Shown here: in pieces, positions 1-8,803 of the stretch
Position numbering within the stretch: the first letter of the stretch is position 1
How the letters are laid out: each line of letters starts with the position of its first letter
Source of the DNA: Ostreococcus lucimarinus
Taxonomy: Eukaryota
Length of the DNA: 64,000 nt
Assembly (NCBI GenBank): GCA_000092065.1
Contig: CP000591.1
Direction: 5' to 3' (one strand)
Position numbers and translations under genes: made by a program
The notes under the pieces: generated by a model
Database searches by the model: none
What the model saw: only the letters and a program-made list of their open reading frames with translations
What the model was told of the DNA's origin: nothing

Positions 1-214
1 ACCGTTCCATGTCGTTCATCAAATCCTCTCCATCGCTCTCGTCGTCGCTCCCGCGCGAGTCCTCGCTCGCGTCGCCGTCGCTCGCCCCGACGTCGTCGCG
101 CTGATCGTGATGCGGCACGAACGGATCGTCCGCGCCCGCGCGCTCGAACGCGTCCCGCGCGTCGTCGTACGCGTCCGAGGCGTCGTCGCGGTCATCGCTA
201 TCGCTCGTCGCCAT
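1..214 (-). CDS. 5' end of an acidic Asp/Ser-rich protein gene running off the left edge (partial)
   Basis: An ATG at 214-212 (minus strand) opens a stop-free frame to position 1: MATSDSDDRDDASDAYDDARDAFERAGADDPFVPHHDQRDD... It is absent from the ORF track because it has no stop in the window. The sequence is low-complexity and I recognise no family. Confidence 0.3.
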   Translation of the reverse strand, partial: MATSDSDDRDDASDAYDDARDAFERAGADDPFVPHHDQRDDVGASDGDASEDSRGSDDESDGEDLMNDMER

Positions 215-454
215 CGCGGCGCGCGCGCGTCGTCGCGTCGCGTCGCGTCGCGCGTCGTCGAGTGTCGCGCGCGCGTTTGAATTCGCATCACAGCTCGACG
301 CGCGCGCGACGCGCCGGCGACGCGCCTTCGGCGAGCGCGCGCGCGGCGAGCGCGAGCGAGCGACGTCGCGCGCGCGCGCGCCGCGCGAGGACGAAACCGC
401 GCGCGAGGACGACGAGGCGCGCGATCGCGGATCGCGAATCGCGACGCGCGGGCG

Positions 455-1147
455 ATGGAAACGAAACGCGTCGTCTTCGTGTCGCTGAAACCGTCGTCGA
501 CGGCGAGCGATGATCAACACGCGTCGAGGAACGCGCGACGGAAGCGCGCGCTCGGGATCGAGGAGAGGGCGACGTGGGAGGAGTTTGTGAGCGCGGCGTG
601 CGCGCGGTTGCAAATCGCGGGCGCGCGGGCGGTGTATCACGCGAGCACGGGCGAACGCGTGCACGGGATAGAGGACGTGCAAGACATTGAAGATTTAATC
701 GTCGAGGAGGATGAGAGCGCGCGGATGATGACGAGCGGCGCGACGCCGGGGGTGAGCCCGTTGCGAACGCCGAACGGACGCGCGAACGGGGCGACCGCGC
801 GCGGAACGCCGGGAAGGGATTACGACGGTGATTACGACGACGACGATGGAAAGAGTAAACCGCGAAGGATGTCGGTGCTGTTGTCGAGCCTCGTACCGGG
901 ACTCGGCAGCGCGGTGGGCGACGGGGCGTTGAGGAAACTGGACAGCGCGTTGGACGCGGCGGAGCGCGGCGACGACGACGGCCGATCGAAGAATCATCGC
1001 GTGCCGACGCGCAAGCCCGTGGGCGCGCGAAAGACGTTGAAGCGAAAGAAGCGCTTGAATAGGCGCGCGGCGGCGTTGTTGCTGATCGTGTTCGTCGGTA
1101 CGTTGGTGTACGTCTTCGGTCGACGCTTTGAAGACGCGCCGTTCTAA
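455..1147 (+). CDS. hypothetical tail-anchored protein
   Basis: ATG-initiated 230-aa ORF. It has a non-repetitive N-terminal ~90 aa, an acidic/Gly-rich middle and a C-terminal hydrophobic anchor (AAALLLIVFVGTLVYVF) near the end. No family recognised. Confidence 0.5.
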   Translation: METKRVVFVSLKPSSTASDDQHASRNARRKRALGIEERATWEEFVSAACARLQIAGARAVYHASTGERVHGIEDVQDIEDLIVEEDESARMMTSGATPGVSPLRTPNGRANGATARGTPGRDYDGDYDDDDGKSKPRRMSVLLSSLVPGLGSAVGDGALRKLDSALDAAERGDDDGRSKNHRVPTRKPVGARKTLKRKKRLNRRAAALLLIVFVGTLVYVFGRRFEDAPF

Positions 1148-1156
1148 TAGTCTAGT

Positions 1157-1161
1157 TGTAA
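1157..1161 (+). terminator. TGTAA candidate poly(A) signal
   Basis: TGTAA lies 10 nt after the stop of 455..1147. UGUAA is the known green-algal poly(A) signal. Confidence 0.35.
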
Positions 1162-1245
1162 AACAGTCGTCATTGCGTCGCGTTCGCGACTTTGTCTCGG
1201 CGCCTCCGCGCGGTGCGCATCGCGCGAACGCGTAGCGCGCGACGC

Positions 1246-2175
1246 ATGCGCTCGTTCGGCGCGCCGTCGACGTCGGCGGCTCGTCCAACGCACGTCAGGA
1301 CGAAAAGTGCACCCAGACACAAATCCCGCTCGCGCGCCGCGCCGCGCGCCGCGGACGACCCGCAGGCGTGGGAACGGTTTTATCTCACGCACAGTAAAGA
1401 CGGCGCCAAAGGACACGACGTCGGGGCGTTCAAAGATCGGCATTACCTCCGGAAAGCGTTCGGGGAACTGGTGGACGAAGAAGCGCGCGCGGCGCCGGAG
1501 ACTTTTCGCCCGGCGCTTCGCCCGAGCGAGCTCCCAGACGTGGACGAAACGCGCAAAATCGATGTTTTGGAGCTCGGGTGTGGGGTCGGGAACTCGGTGT
1601 TTCCGCTTTTGAGGGCGAATTTAAACATGCGAGTCGTGGCGGTGGACTGTTCGCCGACGGCGATTGCGGCGGTTCGCGCGAACCCGGAGTTCGATGCGCG
1701 ACGACTTCGCACGCACGTCGTCGATGCGAGCGCGCGTCGTTCGATGGAGAGTTGCGTTGACGACGCATCGGTCGACGCCGTGACCGCGGTGTTCTTTCTT
1801 TCCGCGCTCACGGCGAACGGGTTGCGAAACGCCGCTGAGGAAATTCGGCGCGTGCTACGTCCGAATGGTGTACTTTTATTTCGAGATTACGCGAGAGGGG
1901 ACGTTAAGAACGCAGATGCGTCGTCGCAGTTTGTGCCGGGCGAACGCATCGATGAGAATGCGTCTTTGTCGTCGACGTCGAACGAGCAAACGTACCGCCG
2001 TTCCGACGGCACGCTCGCCGTCTTCTTCGACGAAGACGAGTTAAACGACGTGTTTGCATCCGTCGGGTTGGTGGGCGAGTGCGAAATAGTCACGCACTCA
2101 ATCACGAACCGCAAGCTAGGAGTGACGATGGATCGAAAGTTTGTGCAAGGGCGGTTCGTGAGGCTCGCAGGGTGA
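1246..2175 (+). CDS. METTL2/6/8-type (Trm140-like) SAM-dependent methyltransferase
   Basis: The ORF-track start at 1192 is TTG and the first ATG is 1246. Motifs: WERFY...FKDRHYLRKAF, SAM motif I VLELGCGVGNSVFPLL, and LLFRDYA. Confidence 0.75.
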   Translation: MRSFGAPSTSAARPTHVRTKSAPRHKSRSRAAPRAADDPQAWERFYLTHSKDGAKGHDVGAFKDRHYLRKAFGELVDEEARAAPETFRPALRPSELPDVDETRKIDVLELGCGVGNSVFPLLRANLNMRVVAVDCSPTAIAAVRANPEFDARRLRTHVVDASARRSMESCVDDASVDAVTAVFFLSALTANGLRNAAEEIRRVLRPNGVLLFRDYARGDVKNADASSQFVPGERIDENASLSSTSNEQTYRRSDGTLAVFFDEDELNDVFASVGLVGECEIVTHSITNRKLGVTMDRKFVQGRFVRLAG

Positions 2176-2222
2176 GTCGTTTGAATATAGATTTGTCATT
2201 TACATCTGTAGCGATCCCTATC

Positions 2223-3764
2223 TCACGCCGCAACCGATTGAGCGTTCGCGTCGCCGAGCACCGCCTCGCTCGCAGTCGGCGGGGCGAGGATCTTCCTGCT
2301 CTCGTGGAAGTATTGATGCGGCGTGTGCACGCCCGCCTCGATTTCGACGCCGTCGTGAATCGCCGCAAACGTCATACCGCACGCGATTTGGTAGTGCATA
2401 TTCGTCGCCTTCTCGACAATCGCGTGCGACTTAGCACCAGAGATTTTCAACGTACCGAGCAACTCGTGCAAACGTGCGCCGTTATCCTTGACGCCAGACG
2501 TGAGCGTCTTGAACGGACAACCGTGCGCGTCCTTCACGCCCGGATCCGCTGCGATGCACTGACCGCACGCGTGCGGGGTGTAGTTGACGCGCTTCCCTTC
2601 CTTACCGTACGCGTGTCTGATACCATACGCGTAATCTTTTTCAAACTTCTCCGCGGAGCATTTCGGGTGCTTTGTGAACTCTGTCTTCCAAAACACGAGC
2701 GCCTGGTCCAGAGGCAAGCCGATGCCCTTCAAATACAGTTGCAGTTGTCGTCGACCGCCGTGCGTCAGGTGATGATCTTTCTTGAGCGCCTTGTAAAGCT
2801 GGCGCATGCACAGCGGGAAAGACTCTTGCGTGGCTTCGATGCCGGCGATCGACATCGTGCCGTCTTCGCCTTGGAAATCGTACCCGCTTCCCGATCGACG
2901 GTTGTGCACAGATTTCAAAAGCGGCGTCAAACGGTGAGCCTCCTTCTTTTCAAACTTGTTGAAGAGCGTGATGGCTTCGGCGACCATCTTGTTCAGCATC
3001 GTCTTAAACCGACCGAACACGAGTTGATCGAGGGTTTCTTTACGAATCCACGCGTTTCCGCCGATCAAGTACGCCCGTCTCGACTTGACGAGCGGGCACA
3101 CCTCTTCGAAACCGACGACGAACCAACGCGACGCCTCGCTCGCCGCTTCCTCGCACATCCTCTGGTACTCCATCGTCCCGAGCTTACCATCTTTACTGAG
3201 ACTTCGACGCATCTGCCTATACTCGTGGTCCGCCATCAAGACGTCCCGCAAATCGTCCCGTCTCTCCCGCACTTCCTTCTCGCTCGCCCGCGCGTAATCG
3301 TTAAACCCATTCGTCCGCATAAACTCCATCTTCGCGTCCAAACTCAGCTCACCGTACCGATACTTGAACAACTCCAACTCGTTCTCCCGAAACCATCGCC
3401 TGTGTTCTTCGCTTCGACAGCTCGCCAACCTCAACAAAAAATGACTCGTCGCGTCTCTCGCCGCGCCCTCCGCGTCAAACGTCCCCCCCGTCGTCCGTCG
3501 CATGTTATATTCCTCCTCCGCGCTCGCGATCGCCCGTTTCAATTCCTCATCCTTCTTCCCACCGCTTCGCGCGTCGTCGATCGCCCGCAAGACGCCGTAC
3601 CGATCCATCGCCGCGCGCTCCAGGTACTCGATGGAGCGTTCGTCATCCGGCGCGGTGTTGTACGCGTCCAACCGCGCCGCGTTTCCGCCGTACTTTCGCT
3701 CGAGCGCGGTCTTGGCGCGCGCTTCCGCTTTCTCTCGATTCGTGCGCAGCGCGCCGAAGACCAT
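2223..3764 (-). CDS. PRIM2: DNA primase large subunit
   Basis: 513-aa ATG ORF. The C-terminal Fe-S domain signature is LYLKGIGLPLDQALVFWKTEF...YAYGIRHAYGKEGKRVNYTPHACGQCI...HGCPFK. Confidence 0.9.
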   Translation of the reverse strand: MVFGALRTNREKAEARAKTALERKYGGNAARLDAYNTAPDDERSIEYLERAAMDRYGVLRAIDDARSGGKKDEELKRAIASAEEEYNMRRTTGGTFDAEGAARDATSHFLLRLASCRSEEHRRWFRENELELFKYRYGELSLDAKMEFMRTNGFNDYARASEKEVRERRDDLRDVLMADHEYRQMRRSLSKDGKLGTMEYQRMCEEAASEASRWFVVGFEEVCPLVKSRRAYLIGGNAWIRKETLDQLVFGRFKTMLNKMVAEAITLFNKFEKKEAHRLTPLLKSVHNRRSGSGYDFQGEDGTMSIAGIEATQESFPLCMRQLYKALKKDHHLTHGGRRQLQLYLKGIGLPLDQALVFWKTEFTKHPKCSAEKFEKDYAYGIRHAYGKEGKRVNYTPHACGQCIAADPGVKDAHGCPFKTLTSGVKDNGARLHELLGTLKISGAKSHAIVEKATNMHYQIACGMTFAAIHDGVEIEAGVHTPHQYFHESRKILAPPTASEAVLGDANAQSVAA

Positions 3765-3897
3765 GGCGGCGTCGCCGCCGTCGTCGCGCGTCGCCGTGTC
3801 GCGCGATCGTCGAGCTGTCGCCGCGTCGCGATTTCAAATTTCGTGGCGTCGGCGCCGCGCGCGGTGCGATTTCGAGGGTCGGCCTCGCGCACCGCGC

Positions 3898-3915
3898 ACT
3901 GTTTACCCATACGCG
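3898..3915 (+). promoter_or_regulatory. conserved 18-mer ACTGTTTACCCATACGCG (copy 1 of 4 in window)
   Basis: Identical copy at 4022-4039. Near-identical copies (ACTGTTTGCCCAYACGCG) at 31614-31631 and 31682-31699. Confidence 0.5.
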
Positions 3916-4021
3916 CGTCGCGATTTCAAATTTCGTGGCGTCGGCGCCGCGCGCGGTGCGATTTCGAGGCGTCGGCGCCGCGCGCGGTGCGATTTCGAGG
4001 GTCGGACCTCGCGCACCGCGC

Positions 4022-4039
4022 ACTGTTTACCCATACGCG
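4022..4039 (+). promoter_or_regulatory. conserved 18-mer ACTGTTTACCCATACGCG (copy 2)
   Basis: Lies 90 nt upstream of the ATG at 4129. Confidence 0.5.
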
Positions 4040-4128
4040 TCAACGCGCGGACGCGGCGCGACGCGCGACGCGCGCGCGCACGTCGCGACGCGCGCGCGAC
4101 CGCGACCGCGACCGCGCGGCGACGCGCC

Positions 4129-5364
4129 ATGTCCGCGGCGCTGGCGGAGACGATCGCGCGCGACGCCGCGGACGGACGCGCGGGCGAGTACGACCTCGCG
4201 GGATTCGGCGAGGCGTGGGTCGACGCGCTCGTCGAGGCGGCGTTCGCGACGCCGACGCGCGCGAAAGGAGGGTTTTACGCGTCGTGCAAGTTCATCGTCG
4301 GCGGCGGGAAGAAGACGCGGGCGAAGTACGACGATGAGGTGGTGAAACACTTGACGGCGGCGCTGCGCGCGAGGGGGTTCGAGGACGACAGAGGCGCGAG
4401 CGCGTGCGAGGCGTGCCAAGGGACGTATAAGTACCAGCACGACACGGATAAGGATTTAAAATACTTGCACGTGTTTCCGAGGGTGACGCACGAGGCGGAG
4501 GGGGGGGAGGCGGCGGCGGCGGCGGGCGGGACGCAGTCGCCCGAGTATCGCGCGTGCGCGTGCGATTTGGAGGAGTTCGAGCGATTGGTGGAGATGTATT
4601 GTCCGAGCTTTTCGCAAAAGCGCGCGCTGTTGCGCAGGATGAAGGTGATGGAGCACGCGCTCGGGGCGCTGGAACAAAAGGTGATCGCGATGGAGAGCTT
4701 GAATGATCGCGAGCAGACGATGTACGACTCGATGGTTGAAGTCGCGGCGAAGATTGAGTTCTTACAACAGGCGCTGGACGACATGATCAAGAAGGGTCGA
4801 TTGACGAAAGGCGAACAAGGAGAAATCGTCGAAGATTTGGAGCTCAAGCTCGAAGATTTGAACCTGATGGTGAACGAGGCGAACGAGGAGGGGAAGCCGA
4901 AGCGCGCGGAGATGCTCGAGAGCAAGAAGGAAATCGTCGTCAAGAAGATTGACTCGGTGCGCGCGAAACCTCCAATCGTGTACACGGTGCCGCACGAACG
5001 CGAACTTTTGGACTTGAAGAAGGAGCTGAACTCGCTGAAAAAAATTGCCGCACAATCGAAAGGAAAGTTGATGAGCGGTGCGGACGCGGCGAAGTGCGCG
5101 AATATTCCCAAGCTCGAAGAGCGCATAGCGAATTTGGAAAACTCCGAGGAAAAAGGATGGTACGAGGACGAATGCCGAGCGCTTCTCTTTCCACCGGTCG
5201 CCGAAAAGAAAGCACCGGCGAAGGCCAAGGCGAGTGGCGCCAAAACCAATTCGGGATGGCTCACCAAGGCGGCAAAGGGCGGATCGCGCGGCGGAGGTGG
5301 ATCCGCGAAAGCTTCGTCGACTCGTGGTCCTTCCAACCCGTTCGCGATGCTCGGCGACGATTAG
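4129..5364 (+). CDS. hypothetical coiled-coil protein with Lys/Gly-rich tail
   Basis: In-frame ATG at 4129 within ORF 3502..5364; the upstream part of that ORF lies in the promoter repeat. The protein has a globular N-terminal ~110 aa, a long heptad-rich segment (LEDLELKLEDLNLMVNEANEE...) and a basic tail. No family recognised. Confidence 0.55.
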   Translation: MSAALAETIARDAADGRAGEYDLAGFGEAWVDALVEAAFATPTRAKGGFYASCKFIVGGGKKTRAKYDDEVVKHLTAALRARGFEDDRGASACEACQGTYKYQHDTDKDLKYLHVFPRVTHEAEGGEAAAAAGGTQSPEYRACACDLEEFERLVEMYCPSFSQKRALLRRMKVMEHALGALEQKVIAMESLNDREQTMYDSMVEVAAKIEFLQQALDDMIKKGRLTKGEQGEIVEDLELKLEDLNLMVNEANEEGKPKRAEMLESKKEIVVKKIDSVRAKPPIVYTVPHERELLDLKKELNSLKKIAAQSKGKLMSGADAAKCANIPKLEERIANLENSEEKGWYEDECRALLFPPVAEKKAPAKAKASGAKTNSGWLTKAAKGGSRGGGGSAKASSTRGPSNPFAMLGDD

Positions 5365-5411
5365 CATATAGCGGGTGTTTATATATCACAACATTCATCA
5401 AAATGTGCGTA

Positions 5412-8400
5412 TCAACGTTCACTGTGGTGTCTGGGCGGTCGAAACGGCAAAGGTTCGACGTTCCAAATCTTCGCCGCGTACTCCCGAATCGTGCGATCGG
5501 ATGAAAACATCCACATCGAACACGCAGCTTCGATGCACTTTGCGGTCCACTTCTCTTCGTACTGATACGCCGCATCGGCTTCTGCAATCGCCCCTAGATA
5601 CGACGGAAAATCATGCGCGGTGAGGTAGACGTCTTTCCTCGGATCGATGGCGTCCAAGAGCTGGTTGTACGCTCCGTCGTCCGGCTTGCCGAAGATGCCG
5701 GCGCGAATCATTCCCATGGCGCGGTGAAGACGAGGATCAATTTTTGGTGGGTCGTGCGCCATCTTGCGTCGAATCGCCGCGACTTGATCCGCCTTCGCGC
5801 CAAACGTGAACATGTTATGCTCGCCAATCGCTTGTTCTATCTCGATGTTCGCCCCGTCCATTGTACCCACGATCAATCCGCCGTTCATGACGAACTTCAT
5901 GTTCCCGGTGCCGCTCGCCTCCATACCCGCAGTGGAGATGTGTTGCGAGATATCACTCGCGGGAATGAGAATCTCCGCTAGAGACACGTTGAAGTTGGGA
6001 ACGAACACCACCTTGAGTAAGTCACGACACGCCGCGTCGGAGTTCACGACTTCAGACACGGCGCATACGAGCATGACAAGATTTTTCGCCATGACGTATC
6101 CGGGCGCAGCTTTGCCGGCGATGATGTGCACGCGCGGCACCATTGTTTTGCGCTGTTCGGGCGTAGCCTGCGTGATTTCGGCGTAGCGGTGCACGATTCC
6201 AAGGACATTCAACAACTGGCGCTTGTATTCGTGTATGCGTTTGATTTGCATGTCGAACAAGGCGTTGGGATCGACGCGGATATTCATCGAACGGTACAGC
6301 CATTCCGCAAGCGCTTGCTTGTTCGTTTGCTTGGCCGCGCGCCAACGCTGTCGAAATTGCGGATCTTGCGCCATCGTCTTGATCGGCTCGAGTCGCTTGA
6401 GATCGTTTACCCACCCAGGGCCGACCATGCCCGTGTAAATGCTCGCGAGCGCTGGATTCGCTTGCAACAGCCATCGTCGCGGCGTGACACCATTCGTCAC
6501 GTTGATGAACTTTTCTGGCCACATCAACAAAAAGTCGGGGAATAGCAAAGACTTCAAAAGCTTGGTGTGGATCATCGCCACCCCGTTTACGGTGTGCGAC
6601 CCGATGACGGCTAAGTTGGACATGCGTACCATCTTGGGTGATGACTCTTCGATGATACTCATCGACGACATGCGCGCGGTGTCGTTTGGCCACATCTTTT
6701 GAACCTCAAGCAAAAACCGGTGGTTGATTTCGTAAATGATTTGCATGTGTCGCGGCAAGAGCTCGGTGATCATCGGCACCGGCCACTTCTCCAGTGCCTC
6801 CGGGAGAATGGTGTGGTTGGTGTACGCGAAGACTTTTCTCGTTATTTCCCACGCCTCGTCCCAAGGTAGACGCTCGATGTCGAGGAGCAAACGCATGAGT
6901 TCGGGAATAGCAATCGCCGGGTGCGTGTCGTTGAGCTGTATCGCCACCTTGTCCGGCATATTCTTCATCGTCGTAGACCCACGACCGACGTTCTTCTTGA
7001 AACGTCTATAGATGTCTTGTAAAGTCGCGCTGACGAAGAAGTATTGTTGCTTCAATCGCAAACGCTTACCTTCTTCCGTGGCGTCGTTCGGGTACAGCAC
7101 TGACGTGATACTCTCGCAACGTTCCTTCGCCTCGACCGCGCCGTAGTAATTACCGGCGTTAAACGAGGCGAGATTGAATTCGTGCGATGGCTTGCTACTC
7201 CACAGTCGCATATTGTTGGTGTTGTACGTACCGTAGCCTGGAATCGGGGTATCGTACGCCTGCGCCATGACGACTTCGCCGCCCTCCCACGCGTACAACG
7301 TGTTCCCGTCCGGATCTTGAAACTCTCGAACGTGGCCGAATAAACGAACCGGGTACTGCACGTCTAATCGTTCAACTTCCCACGGGTTCCCATCGGTAAG
7401 CCAATAATCTGGAAACTCCACTTGTTTACCATTCACGATTCTTTGCTCAAACATTCCGTACTTGTAGCGAATGCCGTACCCCCACGCGGGATAATTTTGC
7501 GTCGCGAGCGTGTCCAAGAAACAAGACGCCAAGCGCCCCAGACCCCCGTTCCCGAGCGCTGGCTCTTTTTCCTCTGACATGATATCTTCCAAATCGTATC
7601 CAATCTGCCGCAAAGCCTCGGCGTAGGCGCCTCGTAACCCGAGATTTGAGACGGCATTGCCGAGCGAGCGGCCGATTAAAAATTCGAGCGACAGATAGTA
7701 CACTTTCTTCGCCCCTTTCTTGGCCGAATACTGCTGCGTGTCCGTCCATCGCTCGATCAATCGATCTCGCACCGAGTGCGCGGTGGCTTGATAAAACGAG
7801 CTCGTATCGAGCTTGTACCTCCTTCGCGCGAGCGTATACTCCACGTGCCGCACCAACGATCGCTGCAAACTCGCCACGTCGTTTGGCAAGTACGTGCTCG
7901 ATAGCTTCCACAACAACTCCTTGTGCGCCAAGTGATCGACGCCCATCTCTGCATCGTCGACGTACTGACGCGGGCGATCGAGGATCGTCGTCGCGCTCTC
8001 CAAGAACGATGACTCGGTCACGTCCGCGCGATCGCTTTCCATATCCACGCTAAACGAATCCAGCTGCCCGAGCGAGTCTTTCCTCCGATGCTGCAACAAA
8101 GACGCTCCGCTCGACCGTGGACTGTGCAAGCTCACCGGCGGTCGCCCTCGATGATGATTCTGATGTTGTTGGTACTGATATCCACCCCTGTCGACGCCCA
8201 CGATCACGGGCATACCCGTCTCGTCGTCCCCTCGCGCGTACGATCCCGCGCCGCTCCTCGCCATCCGACCGCCGTACGCGCTCGACGTCGACGAGTCGTT
8301 CTCCTGCGCCAGATTCGCCCGCAAGCTCTGTTCGAGCCACGCGTCCACGCGCGTGTTTTGCCCGCTCGCCACGGACGAGCCCGGCTTCCGCCTCGCGCTC

Positions 8401-8792
8401 GTCGTCGTCGTCGTCGTCGCGTCTGGCTGTCGCGCCGCCAACCGCAGGCGCGTCATCAGCGTCAGCTCTTCGCTCGACCCCACGTCGCGCGTTCGCCCTC
8501 CCGCGAACGCCCCGCGCGCGAACGACGTATCCGCGGCGTCGTGCGCCGCGCCTTCGTCGTCGCCCGTCGCGTCGCGCCCCGTCGTCGTCGTCCCGTCGCG
8601 ATGCCGATGCGTCGGCGTCAACCTCTCCGGCGCGCTCCTCGCGAACGCCGCGTCCCAGAACGTCTTCGCGTCGCGCGGGCGCGCGTCGTCGTCGTCGAAC
8701 GCGACGTCATCGCGCGGCATCGCGTCGCGCGCGCGCGCGCCGTCGTCGCGCGCAGATCTCTGAAGAATTTGGATGACGGTAACCGTCGCCAT
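5412..8792 (-). CDS. alpha-glucan (starch/glycogen) phosphorylase, GT35
   Basis: Motifs: EASGTGNMKFVMNGGLIVGTMDGANIEI (pyridoxal-phosphate Lys motif), NGGLGRLASCFLDTLAT and HEYKRQLLN. The conserved core begins near aa 310 after a low-complexity extension, so the true start is uncertain. Confidence 0.9.
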   Translation of the reverse strand: MATVTVIQILQRSARDDGARARDAMPRDDVAFDDDDARPRDAKTFWDAAFARSAPERLTPTHRHRDGTTTTGRDATGDDEGAAHDAADTSFARGAFAGGRTRDVGSSEELTLMTRLRLAARQPDATTTTTTSARRKPGSSVASGQNTRVDAWLEQSLRANLAQENDSSTSSAYGGRMARSGAGSYARGDDETGMPVIVGVDRGGYQYQQHQNHHRGRPPVSLHSPRSSGASLLQHRRKDSLGQLDSFSVDMESDRADVTESSFLESATTILDRPRQYVDDAEMGVDHLAHKELLWKLSSTYLPNDVASLQRSLVRHVEYTLARRRYKLDTSSFYQATAHSVRDRLIERWTDTQQYSAKKGAKKVYYLSLEFLIGRSLGNAVSNLGLRGAYAEALRQIGYDLEDIMSEEKEPALGNGGLGRLASCFLDTLATQNYPAWGYGIRYKYGMFEQRIVNGKQVEFPDYWLTDGNPWEVERLDVQYPVRLFGHVREFQDPDGNTLYAWEGGEVVMAQAYDTPIPGYGTYNTNNMRLWSSKPSHEFNLASFNAGNYYGAVEAKERCESITSVLYPNDATEEGKRLRLKQQYFFVSATLQDIYRRFKKNVGRGSTTMKNMPDKVAIQLNDTHPAIAIPELMRLLLDIERLPWDEAWEITRKVFAYTNHTILPEALEKWPVPMITELLPRHMQIIYEINHRFLLEVQKMWPNDTARMSSMSIIEESSPKMVRMSNLAVIGSHTVNGVAMIHTKLLKSLLFPDFLLMWPEKFINVTNGVTPRRWLLQANPALASIYTGMVGPGWVNDLKRLEPIKTMAQDPQFRQRWRAAKQTNKQALAEWLYRSMNIRVDPNALFDMQIKRIHEYKRQLLNVLGIVHRYAEITQATPEQRKTMVPRVHIIAGKAAPGYVMAKNLVMLVCAVSEVVNSDAACRDLLKVVFVPNFNVSLAEILIPASDISQHISTAGMEASGTGNMKFVMNGGLIVGTMDGANIEIEQAIGEHNMFTFGAKADQVAAIRRKMAHDPPKIDPRLHRAMGMIRAGIFGKPDDGAYNQLLDAIDPRKDVYLTAHDFPSYLGAIAEADAAYQYEEKWTAKCIEAACSMWMFSSDRTIREYAAKIWNVEPLPFRPPRHHSER

Positions 8793-8803
8793 CTCGCGGC
8801 GCG

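Larger units (their letters stand above)
3825..4039. repeat. tandem promoter repeat (about 92 bp x2 with a 31-bp sub-repeat x3)
   Basis: The unit GTCGCGATTTCAAATTTCGTGGCGTCGGCGCCGCGCGCGGTGCGATTTCGAGGGTCGGnCCTCGCGCACCGCGCACTGTTTACCCATACGCG occurs at 3825-3915 and 3917-4039. The sub-repeat CGTCGGCGCCGCGCGCGGTGCGATTTCGAGG occurs at 3847-3877, 3939-3969 and 3970-4000. The repeat lies between the divergent start codons at 3764 and 4129. Confidence 0.9.

Noticed and set aside
3899-3905. Forkhead-type core TGTTTAC / TGTTTGC inside the shared 18-mer.
   Set aside because: To my knowledge forkhead-box factors are essentially an opisthokont family and are not expected in green algae. The resemblance is probably coincidental, so I report the 18-mer only as an unassigned motif.
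3825-4039. CRISPR-like or mobile-element interpretation of the direct repeats.
   Set aside because: There are only two units with no spacers of unique sequence, no terminal inverted repeats or target-site duplications, a eukaryotic context, and a location exactly in a bidirectional promoter.
2079-4337. Very long alternate-frame or antisense ORFs rich in Arg/Ala/Pro. Examples: 2079..4337, 10222..11895, 15641..17100, 23347..24573, 28702..29901, 36160..37200, 55223..56389, 57317..58351.
   Set aside because: They overlap well-supported conserved genes on the other strand or frame, consist of low-complexity CGN/GCN codons, and are what stop-poor GC-rich DNA is expected to produce. No domain signatures.
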